This document shows positions 50,300-59,275 of a stretch of DNA of 64,000 nt, piece after piece. The notes beneath the pieces were generated by a model. The model was given only the letters and a program-made list of their open reading frames with translations. It searched no databases and had not been told where the DNA came from. The stretch is from Planctomycetota bacterium (lineage in GTDB: Bacteria > Planctomycetota > UBA1135 > UBA2386), in contig OZ245838.1 of assembly GCA_965228735.1 (NCBI GenBank), forward strand, positions 3,040,001 to 3,104,000. The letters are read 5' to 3'. How positions within the stretch are numbered: position 1 is the first letter of the stretch; each line of letters begins with the position of its first letter. The translations under genes and the position numbers were made by a program.

Positions 50300-51498
50300 T
50301 GCCGAGCCAGCTCGCCCACCATTGGGATCTCGACCCCGAGGTCACGTTCCTCAACCACGGCAGCTTCGGCGCCTGTCCGCGCGTCGTGCTCGAGCGCCAG
50401 TCCGAGCTGCGGCGGCAGCTCGAACGCGAACCCGTGCGGTTCTTCGAGCGCGACTACGAACCGCTGCTCGACGAAGCGCGCACGGTCCTCGCCGGCGTCG
50501 TCGGGGCCCGAACGGACGACCTCGCGTTCGTGCCCAACGCGACGGCCGGGGTGAACGCCGTGCTGCGGTCGCTCGATTTCGGGCCGGACGACGAGCTGCT
50601 CGTCACCGATCACGAATACAACGCGTCACGGAACGCGCTCGATCATCTGATCGAGCGGACGGGCGCCCGCCTCGTGGTCGTGCCGCTGCCGCTGCCGGTC
50701 GAGGACGCCGACGAGATCATCGACGCGGTGCTGTCCCATGTCACGGATCGCACCAGGCTGCTGCTGATCGATCACGTGACGAGTCCGACCGGGCTCGTGT
50801 TGCCGATCGAACGTCTCGTCCCGGCGCTGCGCGAACGGTCCGTGGAGACGCTCGTCGATGGCGCGCACGGCCCGGGGATGCTGCCGCTCGATCTCGATGC
50901 GATCGGCGCCGCCTACTACACCGGCAACTGCCACAAGTGGCTCTGCACCCCGAAGGGCGCGGCGTTGTTGCACGTTCGCCGCGACCGCCAGGACGGCCTG
51001 CTGCCCCCGCAGATCAGCCACGGCCGCAACTCGCAGCGCACCGACCGCTCCCGGTTCCACATCGAATTCGACTGGACCGGCACGAGCGATCCGACGGCGT
51101 GGCTCGCGATCCCGGCGGCCGTCGAGTTCCTGCGCGGGCTGGTGCCGGGCGGCCTCGCCGGACTGCGGCAGCACAACCACGAGCTCGTCGTCGCCGCGCG
51201 CGACCTGGTCTGCGAGCGCCTCGGACTGATGCCGGCCGCGCCGGCCGAGATGCTCGGCTCGCTCGCGTCGATCGTGCTGCCGCAGCGCGACGACCCGGTC
51301 GACGCGAGCGCGCCCCCGACGACCGACCCGCTGCACGACCGTCTCCTCGATGACCACGGGATTCAGGTCCCCGTGATGCGATGGCCGCATCCGCCGCTGC
51401 GCCTGCTGCGAATTTCGGCGCAGGCCTACAACGCCCTGCCCGACTACGAGCGGCTCGCGGACGCGCTCGCGGCCCTCGGATTCGGTAGCACCGACTGA
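50299..51498 (+). CDS. Class V PLP enzyme (isopenicillin N epimerase / Egt2-EgtE / cysteine desulfhydrase-like)
   Basis: FLNHGSFGACP, DHVTSPTG, DGAHGPG and GNCHKWLCTPKG motifs. Confidence 0.85.
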   Translation: MPSQLAHHWDLDPEVTFLNHGSFGACPRVVLERQSELRRQLEREPVRFFERDYEPLLDEARTVLAGVVGARTDDLAFVPNATAGVNAVLRSLDFGPDDELLVTDHEYNASRNALDHLIERTGARLVVVPLPLPVEDADEIIDAVLSHVTDRTRLLLIDHVTSPTGLVLPIERLVPALRERSVETLVDGAHGPGMLPLDLDAIGAAYYTGNCHKWLCTPKGAALLHVRRDRQDGLLPPQISHGRNSQRTDRSRFHIEFDWTGTSDPTAWLAIPAAVEFLRGLVPGGLAGLRQHNHELVVAARDLVCERLGLMPAAPAEMLGSLASIVLPQRDDPVDASAPPTTDPLHDRLLDDHGIQVPVMRWPHPPLRLLRISAQAYNALPDYERLADALAALGFGSTD

Positions 51499-51553
51499 CC
51501 GGCTGGGGAATTCCTCCTGCCCCGACCTTCCGCCTGCCGATTCTCGTCCCGGA

Positions 51554-51596
51554 TTCAAACAGTAGTTTGAAACCAACGTTCGTATCTGACTAGACT
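51554..51596 (+). promoter_or_regulatory. Palindromic TetR operator overlapping a sigma70-type promoter
   Basis: TTCAAAC-agta-GTTTGAA (51554-51571); -35 TTGAAA at 51567-51572, 18-nt spacer, -10 TAGACT at 51591-51596. Confidence 0.75.
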
Positions 51597-51603
51597 CCGA
51601 CGC

Positions 51604-52332
51604 ATGGCAACCGCCACCACCCGCGAGCAGATCCTCGATGCTGCCGAGACGCTCTTCGCCGAACACGGCTACACGGCGACGTCGATGCGGCAGCTGACGA
51701 CGGCAGCCGGCGTCAACCTCGCGGCCGTGAACTACCACTTCGGCGGCAAGGAAGAGCTCGCCAAGGCCGTGTTGCAGCGCCGGATCGATCCGATCAACGC
51801 CGAACGGCACCGCCGCCTCGACGAGCTGGAGAATCCCGACGTCGAGGCGATCCTGCGCGCGTTCATCGAGCCGGCCCTCCAGGGCCTCGCCCGGTATGCC
51901 GAGGAGCGCCGCAGAACGGCCCGGGCGAGGAAGGCACGAGGCGCCCGGCAGGGTCAACCCGCCGGCCGCGAACTCAGCGACCTGTTCGGCCGTCTGCTCA
52001 TGGAACGGCCGCCGTTCCTGCGCGAGTTCCTCGCCACGCAATTCGGCGACATCGTCGAACGTTTCACCGCGCAACTGGCGCGCGCCACGCGACGGCGGGA
52101 GTCCGCGACGACGTGGTGGCGCCTGCACTTCACCATCGGCGCGATGGCCCACACCCTGCACAACGCGGCGATGCTCGAGCACCTCAGCGGCGGCCGCTGC
52201 GACCCTGCAAATCTGCCCGAGCTGACCAACGAGCTCGTCGCGTTCGCGACCGCCGGCTTCGAGGCGCCCGCGCCGCGTCGTCCGCGCAAGACCCCGAAGA
52301 CGCCGCGCACCCGCACCGGAGAATCGCGATGA
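51604..52332 (+). CDS. TetR/AcrR family regulator, PsrA-like
   Basis: EQILDAAETLFAEHG...AGVNLAAVNYHFGGKEEL helix-turn-helix. Confidence 0.9.
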   Translation: MATATTREQILDAAETLFAEHGYTATSMRQLTTAAGVNLAAVNYHFGGKEELAKAVLQRRIDPINAERHRRLDELENPDVEAILRAFIEPALQGLARYAEERRRTARARKARGARQGQPAGRELSDLFGRLLMERPPFLREFLATQFGDIVERFTAQLARATRRRESATTWWRLHFTIGAMAHTLHNAAMLEHLSGGRCDPANLPELTNELVAFATAGFEAPAPRRPRKTPKTPRTRTGESR

Positions 52333-53807
52333 CGCTCCGCCGATCCAGCACGCCACTCCGTCCCGTTCTGCTCGCTGCGGCTGTCGTATTCTGCGGCTGT
52401 CGCGCGGCGTCTCCGCCCCCGACGGAGGCGACGGATCTCGGGATCGGCATCCCGGCCCGCTTCGCCGCGGACCCGGCACCAGAAGCAGCGACACCGGAGA
52501 CCGGACGGCTGCTGGCCGAGGACTGGTGGCGGGCGTTCGAAGATCCGACGCTCGACGCGCTCGTCGAACGGGCGCTGACCGACAACCGTGATCTGCAGGC
52601 CGCGGCCGCGCGGGTCGCCGCCGCGGCCGCGTCACGCACGATCGCGGGCGCGGACGCGCTGCCGCAGGCCGACCTCGGCTTCGACAGCAACCGCGCGCGT
52701 CGCATCTTCGTCGGCTTTCCGTTCGGCGGCGGCGGCGTGCCGAGCGCCACGGCGACGACCTGGGGCCTGTCGCTCAACCTACGCTGGGAACTCGACGTGT
52801 GGGGTCGCATCGCAGCGGTCGAATCCGCCGCGATCGCCGACCTCGAGGCCGCCGCCGTCGATCACGGGGCCGCCCGACTCAGCCTCGTCGGTCAGCTCTG
52901 CAAGGCGTACTTCGCGACGACCGAAGCGCAGCAGCAGCTCGCGCTCGCCCGTGCGACCGCGGACGCGTTCCGCGCGACGCTCGAGGACGTGCAGATGCGA
53001 CACCGCGCGGGCGTGCGCCCCGCGACGGACGTCTACCTCGCGGGCACCAACCTGAGTCAGGCCGAGGCGCAGGTCGCTCAACGCGAACGCCTGCTGCAGC
53101 AGGCCGTGCGGCAGCTCGAGACGCTGGCCGGGGGCTACCCGGCCGGCACGACGCTCGCGGCCGTGGAACTGCCGAGTGCGCGACCCACGATACCCGTGGC
53201 GTTGCCCGGCGAACTGCTGCAGCGGCGGCCCGATCTCGTCGCGGCCGAGCGGCGCCTCGCAGCCGCCGGCTGTCGGGTCGACGCCGCACGCGCGGCGCTC
53301 TACCCCCGCCTCAGCCTCACCGCGAGCGGCGGCACGACGAGCGACGAGCTCGACGACCTCGTCGACAACGACTTTCGGGTCTGGAGCATCGGGGCCAACC
53401 TGCTGCAGCCGATCTTCCAGGGCGGGGCACTGCAGGCCGAAGTGCGCCGTAACGAGGCGCTGACCGCGGCGGCGCTCGCGACCTATGCGGGCACCGTGCT
53501 CGGCGCGTTCGCCGAGGTCGAGAACGCGCTCGCCGCCGAGGCGCTGCTCGAGACCCAGGAGCGCCACCTCACCGCCGCGGCCGAACGGGCCCAGGGCGGC
53601 GCCGATCTCGCGCGCGAGCGCTGGGAGCGCGGCGTCGCCGACTTCCTGCTCGTGGCCGACGGACAGCGGCAGGCGTTCCAGACCGAGTCCGCGCGCCTGC
53701 AGCTCGCGCGCCAGCGACTCGACAACCGCATCGACCTCGTGCTCGCACTCGGCGGCGGCTTCGGCCGCGCGACGAACGCCGAGGACACCGACCACTCCGA
53801 GCCGTGA
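52329..53807 (+). CDS. RND efflux outer membrane factor lipoprotein (NodT/OprM-like)
   Basis: WWRAFEDPTLDALV, WELDVWG and LLQRRPDLVAAE motifs. Confidence 0.9.
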   Translation: MTLRRSSTPLRPVLLAAAVVFCGCRAASPPPTEATDLGIGIPARFAADPAPEAATPETGRLLAEDWWRAFEDPTLDALVERALTDNRDLQAAAARVAAAAASRTIAGADALPQADLGFDSNRARRIFVGFPFGGGGVPSATATTWGLSLNLRWELDVWGRIAAVESAAIADLEAAAVDHGAARLSLVGQLCKAYFATTEAQQQLALARATADAFRATLEDVQMRHRAGVRPATDVYLAGTNLSQAEAQVAQRERLLQQAVRQLETLAGGYPAGTTLAAVELPSARPTIPVALPGELLQRRPDLVAAERRLAAAGCRVDAARAALYPRLSLTASGGTTSDELDDLVDNDFRVWSIGANLLQPIFQGGALQAEVRRNEALTAAALATYAGTVLGAFAEVENALAAEALLETQERHLTAAAERAQGGADLARERWERGVADFLLVADGQRQAFQTESARLQLARQRLDNRIDLVLALGGGFGRATNAEDTDHSEP

Positions 53808-54991
53808 TGAAAGCACTTCGCCTGATCCTGCAGATCGCGCTTCCCGTTCTCCTCCTCGCCATCGGCGCCACCGTGGCGTTCCAGATCGCGAACCGGCCTG
53901 CGGCCGCAACGCCGGAGCCCCCCGCGTTCGTCGGGCCGCTCGTGCGATCGCTCGCGGTGACGATCGAGGACGTGCGGATCGACGTCCCGGCCCGCGGGGT
54001 CGTCGAGGCGCGCCGCCGGATCGACCTCGCGCCGCAGGTCGGCGGCGAGGTCATCGAGGTCGGCCCCGGGCTCCGCGCCGGCGGTTTCTTCACGCCGGGC
54101 GACGTGCTGCTGCGCATCGACCCCTCCGACTACGAACTCGCGGTCGTGCAGCAGGAGGCCGCGGTCGCGCAGGCCGGTCTGCGGCTGCAGCTCGAACGCG
54201 CGGAGGCCGAGGCCGCGATCACCGCGTGGCGCAAGCTCAACGGCGATGAGCCGGCCGACGACCTCGTGATGCGCAAGCCGCAGATCGCGGACGCGGAGAC
54301 CGCACTCGCGGCAGCCGAGGCGATGCTCGACCGGGCCCGCCTCGACCTCGCGCGCACCACGGTGAAGGCGCCGTTCCACGGGCGCGTCCGCACCGCCGAC
54401 GTCGATCTCGGCCAGGTCGTCGCGCCGCGCGCGCCGGTCGCGCAGATCTACGGCATCGACACGGCCGAGGTCCGCCTGCCGCTCGCCGCGAGCGACGTCG
54501 CGTTCGTCGACCTGCCGATGGGCTGGCAGGAATCCGGCAGCAACCGCACCGGGCCGACCGTCACGCTCACGGCCGACTTCGCCGGCCAGCGGCACGAGTA
54601 TCGCGGCGTGATCACGCGCACCGAGGGCGAGATCGACCGCCGCACGCGGCAGCTCACCGTCGTCGTCCAGGTCGACGATCCGTACGGGCGCAAGGGCGAC
54701 GGCAGCCGGCCGCCGCTCACGCTCGGCATGTTCGTCGAAGCGACGATCACGGGCCGCACGTTCGAGGACGTCGCCGTCATCCCGCGCGGCGCGCTGCGCG
54801 GCGAGAACGAGGTCTGGCTCATCGACGCGGAGAACCGGCTGCAGCGCCGCGAGGTCGAGGTCCTGCGGGTCGATCCGGAGCGGGTCTACGTCCGCACCGG
54901 CCTGCAGAAGGACGAAGTCGTGTGCGTGACACCGCTCGAGGCCCCGGTCGTCGGCATGCCGGTCCGCCTCGTCGAGGAGCCGGGCCGATGA
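53804..54991 (+). CDS. RND efflux periplasmic adaptor (MFP)
   Basis: PQVGGEV, GDVLLRID and ARTTVKAPFHG motifs. Confidence 0.9.
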   Translation: MMKALRLILQIALPVLLLAIGATVAFQIANRPAAATPEPPAFVGPLVRSLAVTIEDVRIDVPARGVVEARRRIDLAPQVGGEVIEVGPGLRAGGFFTPGDVLLRIDPSDYELAVVQQEAAVAQAGLRLQLERAEAEAAITAWRKLNGDEPADDLVMRKPQIADAETALAAAEAMLDRARLDLARTTVKAPFHGRVRTADVDLGQVVAPRAPVAQIYGIDTAEVRLPLAASDVAFVDLPMGWQESGSNRTGPTVTLTADFAGQRHEYRGVITRTEGEIDRRTRQLTVVVQVDDPYGRKGDGSRPPLTLGMFVEATITGRTFEDVAVIPRGALRGENEVWLIDAENRLQRREVEVLRVDPERVYVRTGLQKDEVVCVTPLEAPVVGMPVRLVEEPGR

Positions 54992-57900
54992 AGCTCGACG
55001 CACTGCCGCCGGAGGACCGCAGCGGCTTCTTCGCCTGGTTCACCTCCAACCACGTCGCGGCCACGCTCGTCGCGATCGGCTTCGCCGTCGCGGGCATGTC
55101 CGCGTTGTTCGGCGACCGCGTGCGACGCGAGGTCTTCCCCGAGCTCGCACCCAACGTCATCAACGTCACGGTCGCCTATCCGGGCGCCGCGCCATCGGAG
55201 ATCGAACAGGGCATCTGCCTGCGCGTCGAGGACGCGGTCGACGGCATCACCGGCGTCGACAAGATCACGGCAACGGCGTCGGAGGGCGTCGGCACGGTCG
55301 TCGTGGAGACCCTGCAGGAGGCCGACATCGATCGGGTCTACGACGACATCAAGAACCGCGTCGACGGCATCACGAGCTTTCCCGTCGACGCCGAGGAGCC
55401 GATCGTCTCGCGCATGGTGGTGCGCCGACAGGTCATCAACGTGTCGGTGCACGGCGACGCGTCGGAGGCCACGCTCAAGCACATCGCGGAGCAGGTGCGC
55501 GACGAGCTGTCCGACCTGCCGGAGATCTCGCAGGCCGAGCTCGCCGCCGTTCGACCCTACGAGATCGCGATCGAGGTCTCGGAGGAAGACCTGCAGCGAC
55601 ACGGGCTGACGTTCGACGCAGTCGCGAACGCGGTGCGGCGCAGCAGCCTCGACCTGCCGACGGGCGCGATCCGCGCGCGCGAAGGCGACACCGTGCTGCG
55701 CGTGCAGAGCCAGGCCTACCGCGGCGAGGAGTTCGCGGAGCTCGTGCTGCTGACGCAGACCGACGGCACGCGGATCCGGCTCGGCGACGTCGCCAACGTC
55801 GTCGACGGGTTCGAGGAGACCGATCAGAAGGCCCGCTTCGACGGCAGCAGCGCGGCGCTCGTCAAGGTCTTCCGCGTCGGCGACCAGGACGCGATCCGCA
55901 TCACGAACGCGGTCAAGGACTGGGTCGCGACCGCGGGCAAACGGCTCGTGCCGCCCGGCGTCGAGCTCACGACGTGGCGTGACGAGTCGATCATCCTGCA
56001 GGGTCGCATCGATCTGCTGACGCGCAACGCGATGCAGGGGCTCGCCCTCGTGCTCGTGATCCTCGCGTTGTTCCTGCAGCTGCGGCTGGCGCTCTGGGTC
56101 GCGCTCGGCATCCCGATCGGCTTCCTCGGCACCGTCGCGTTCATGCCGGTGTTCGACGTGTCGATCAACATGATCTCGCTGTTCGCGTTCCTGCTCGTCC
56201 TCGGCATCGTCGTGGACGACGCGATCGTCGTCGGCGAAAACATCGGACACCATCGCCGCCAGGGCACGAGCCCGCTGCTCGCGTCGATCCGGGGCGCGCG
56301 CGAGGTGCGCAAACCCGTCTTCGCGTCGATCGCGACGACGATCGCGGCGTTCCTGCCGATGCTCCTGTCCGTGCCCGGCACGGACGCGCAGGTCTGGCGC
56401 GTGATCCCGCTCATCGTCATCCCGGTGCTCGTGATCAGCCTCATCGAATCGCAGCTCTGCCTGCCGTCACACCTGTCGCTGATGAAGCTCGACGCAGCGG
56501 AGCGCCGCCCGTGGATCGGCGCCCGCGCGCTCGGCTGGGTGCAGAGCCGCTTCGACGGCCTGCTCGAGACGTTCATCCAACGCATCTACCAGCCGATCGT
56601 CGACACCCTGCTGCGCTGGCGCTACGCGACGCTCGCGGGCGCGCTCGCGGCCCTGATCGTCGGCTTCACGAGCCTGATCGCGGGCGGCTACCCGCGGTTC
56701 ATCTTCTTCCCGAGCGTCGAGGGCGACAACATCGTCGTCGCGCTCACGATGCCCGAGGGCACACCGGTCGCGGACACCGTCGCGCACCTGGCCCGGATCG
56801 AGAACGCGGCGCGCACCGTCTGCGACGAGTTCGAAGGCGAACTGGGTGGCCAGCCGATCCTCAAGCACATGCTGGCGACCGTCGGGTCGCAACCGTTCGC
56901 CGAGGTGCAGGCGCGCAACGCCGGCCAGCGCAGCCAGACGTTCGGCAGCGGCTCGCACCTCGCCGAGCTCGACGTGCAGCTCGTGCCGTCCGAGGAACGG
57001 GAGATCGCGTCGGACATCGTCATGGCGCGATTTCGCGAGCTCGTCGGGACGATCCCGGGGGCCACGGAACTCACGTTCTCCACGTCCTTCTTCTCGACGG
57101 GCAAGGACGTCGACGTCGAGCTCTACCACCGCGACGGTGACCAGCTCGAAGCCGCGGCCGCCGCGCTCACGGCGAAGCTCAACGCGATCCCCGAGGTCAA
57201 GGACGTCACGAGCTCGTTCCGGCTCGGCAAGCCCGAGCTGCAGATTGCGATCCGGCCCGCGGCGGAGACGCTCGGGCTCACGCAGATCGACCTCGCGCGC
57301 CAGGTGCGGCAGGCGTTCTACGGTGAGGAGGCGCAGCGCATCCAGCGCGGGCGCGACGACGTGCGCGTCATGGTGCGCTACCCCGAAGCGGATCGGCGCA
57401 CGCTGACCGATCTGCGCGACCTGCGGGTCCGCACGCTGGCGGGCGACGAGGTGCCGTTCACCGAGGTCGCGACGCTCGACCACGGCCGTTCGTACTCGTC
57501 GATCACCCGCGTGGACGGCCGCCGCACGCTGCGCATCAGCGGCGACGTCGAGGAGACCAACAAGGACGCGAGCCCCAACGCGATCAACGCGCAGCTGCGC
57601 GCGGAGATCCTGCCGGCACTCGTCGCGCAGTTCCCGGGTCTCGGGTGGGGCTTCGAGGGCGACGAGAAGAACCGGCGCGAGCTGTTCTCGTCGCTCGCGG
57701 GCGGCTACCTGATCGCCTTGTTCGCGATGTTCGCGATGATCGCGATCTCGCTGCGCTCGTTCCTGCAGCCGTTCTTGATGCTCGCCGCCGTGCCGTTCGG
57801 CCTGCTCGGCGCGATCCTCGGCCACATGATCGAGGGCTACGACGTGAGCATCCTGTCCGCGTTCGGCGGCATCGCGCTGTCGGGCATCGTCGTGAACGAC

Positions 57901-58266
57901 AACATCGTGCTCGTCGACTGGATCAACCGCCGGCGCGAAGCCGGCGACTCCCTGCTCGACGCGGTGAAGACGGCCGGCGCGCGCCGCTTCCGACCGATCC
58001 TGCTCACGTCGCTCACGACGACGGTCGGCCTCGTGCCGTTGATGTACTTCGAGAAGAGCGTCCAGGCGCTGTTCCTCGTGCCGATGGCCGTCGCGCTCGC
58101 CTACGGCGTCGTCTTCGCGACGGTCGTGAGTCTCGTGCTCGTGCCGACGATGTATCTGATCCTCGAGGACTTCCGCGCGGGCCTGCGTCGCGTCGGCCGG
58201 GCCCTGTCGTGGGTCTACGGCGGCGACACCGCGAGCAGGCCGACCGCTGCCGACGCCCGGCCGTAG
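54988..58266 (+). CDS. RND efflux permease (AcrB/AcrD/AcrF family)
   Basis: GIVVDDAIVVGEN, GIVVNDNIV and RFRPILLTSLTT motifs. Confidence 0.93.
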   Translation: MKLDALPPEDRSGFFAWFTSNHVAATLVAIGFAVAGMSALFGDRVRREVFPELAPNVINVTVAYPGAAPSEIEQGICLRVEDAVDGITGVDKITATASEGVGTVVVETLQEADIDRVYDDIKNRVDGITSFPVDAEEPIVSRMVVRRQVINVSVHGDASEATLKHIAEQVRDELSDLPEISQAELAAVRPYEIAIEVSEEDLQRHGLTFDAVANAVRRSSLDLPTGAIRAREGDTVLRVQSQAYRGEEFAELVLLTQTDGTRIRLGDVANVVDGFEETDQKARFDGSSAALVKVFRVGDQDAIRITNAVKDWVATAGKRLVPPGVELTTWRDESIILQGRIDLLTRNAMQGLALVLVILALFLQLRLALWVALGIPIGFLGTVAFMPVFDVSINMISLFAFLLVLGIVVDDAIVVGENIGHHRRQGTSPLLASIRGAREVRKPVFASIATTIAAFLPMLLSVPGTDAQVWRVIPLIVIPVLVISLIESQLCLPSHLSLMKLDAAERRPWIGARALGWVQSRFDGLLETFIQRIYQPIVDTLLRWRYATLAGALAALIVGFTSLIAGGYPRFIFFPSVEGDNIVVALTMPEGTPVADTVAHLARIENAARTVCDEFEGELGGQPILKHMLATVGSQPFAEVQARNAGQRSQTFGSGSHLAELDVQLVPSEEREIASDIVMARFRELVGTIPGATELTFSTSFFSTGKDVDVELYHRDGDQLEAAAAALTAKLNAIPEVKDVTSSFRLGKPELQIAIRPAAETLGLTQIDLARQVRQAFYGEEAQRIQRGRDDVRVMVRYPEADRRTLTDLRDLRVRTLAGDEVPFTEVATLDHGRSYSSITRVDGRRTLRISGDVEETNKDASPNAINAQLRAEILPALVAQFPGLGWGFEGDEKNRRELFSSLAGGYLIALFAMFAMIAISLRSFLQPFLMLAAVPFGLLGAILGHMIEGYDVSILSAFGGIALSGIVVNDNIVLVDWINRRREAGDSLLDAVKTAGARRFRPILLTSLTTTVGLVPLMYFEKSVQALFLVPMAVALAYGVVFATVVSLVLVPTMYLILEDFRAGLRRVGRALSWVYGGDTASRPTAADARP

Positions 58267-58327
58267 CCGCGATCGCGAAGGCGACACTACGACCGAACCG
58301 CGAGCCACGAGCTACGTTGAGGAACGG

Positions 58328-59239
58328 ATGCCGCGCTCCAACCCGCTCGTTATCCTGGCGGTCGCAACCCTCCTGCTGGCGCCGACTCCGACCCAGGACG
58401 GCGCTTCGCCTGGGCACGATTGGCGCGAGGACGCCCGCACTCTCGAGTTCCTGAACGCCCGCGTGGCGTCCCGGCACGCCGAGGGAGATCGCTCGGTCGC
58501 GGCGGCGGCCTGGACGCTGCTGTCCTACACCGCGCGGGGTTCGACGATGCGGAGCGGCAGGCACAGGTCGCACGTCAAGGAACTCACGAAGTGGCTTCGC
58601 GGCATCCAGATCGACGGCGGCAAGCTCGCCCCCGGCAAGCAGCCTTGTCAACGCCTCGACCAGGTCGTCGGTACCCTGGCCCTCGCCGAAGTGACGCTGC
58701 TGTCACACTACACGCTGCTGAAGCCAACTGTCAGCAACGCGAGCCGCGCGACGCTCGATGCACTGACCGACGCGGGCGCCGCCCCGCCAACGGCCGCCGA
58801 GGTGGCCCTGCTGCTCGTGCTGGCGTACACGCTCGACTACGGCAAACTCGAGCACGGCGCGGCCTGCCGCGAGTTGGCGCTGGCGGCTCGCGCCCGACTG
58901 CCGGCTCCGAAGTCGCCCCGCGACCGGGCGGCACATTGCCTCATCGCCCTCCTGCTCGAAGAGCCCGTGCCGAAGGCCCTGACCGTGCAGCGGATCTGGC
59001 CGAAGAACCCCATGGCCGATCCCCTGCACACCTGGCTCGCCGTGCAGGCCCTGGCCCGCACCGACCGGCCGACGTTCGCGGCGTGCGCGAAGGACTTCGA
59101 GAAACTCGCCGCGATGTGCACGCCCGCCGGCGAAGACCGCGGCAGCTGGCCCGCAACCATGGAGTTCGACGCCGTGACGGCGACGGCCGCGCTCGCGGCC
59201 GCGCTCGGCCTCGCCGCCTGCGATCCGCTCGGGAAGTAG
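58328..59239 (+). CDS. Secreted helical protein, degenerate prenyltransferase/squalene-cyclase-repeat-like
   Basis: Signal peptide; LLSYTARGSTMRSG...KWLRGIQ and RGSWP segments. Confidence 0.45.
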   Translation: MPRSNPLVILAVATLLLAPTPTQDGASPGHDWREDARTLEFLNARVASRHAEGDRSVAAAAWTLLSYTARGSTMRSGRHRSHVKELTKWLRGIQIDGGKLAPGKQPCQRLDQVVGTLALAEVTLLSHYTLLKPTVSNASRATLDALTDAGAAPPTAAEVALLLVLAYTLDYGKLEHGAACRELALAARARLPAPKSPRDRAAHCLIALLLEEPVPKALTVQRIWPKNPMADPLHTWLAVQALARTDRPTFAACAKDFEKLAAMCTPAGEDRGSWPATMEFDAVTATAALAAALGLAACDPLGK

Positions 59240-59275
59240 ACGATCCGGGCGCCGCCGCACGTATGCTCGGCCCGC

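Noticed and set aside
50299..51498. Class V PLP enzyme as a selenocysteine lyase linked to the selenoprotein
   Set aside because: Motifs fit the isopenicillin epimerase/Egt2-like group, it lies about 24 kb away, and nothing links the two.
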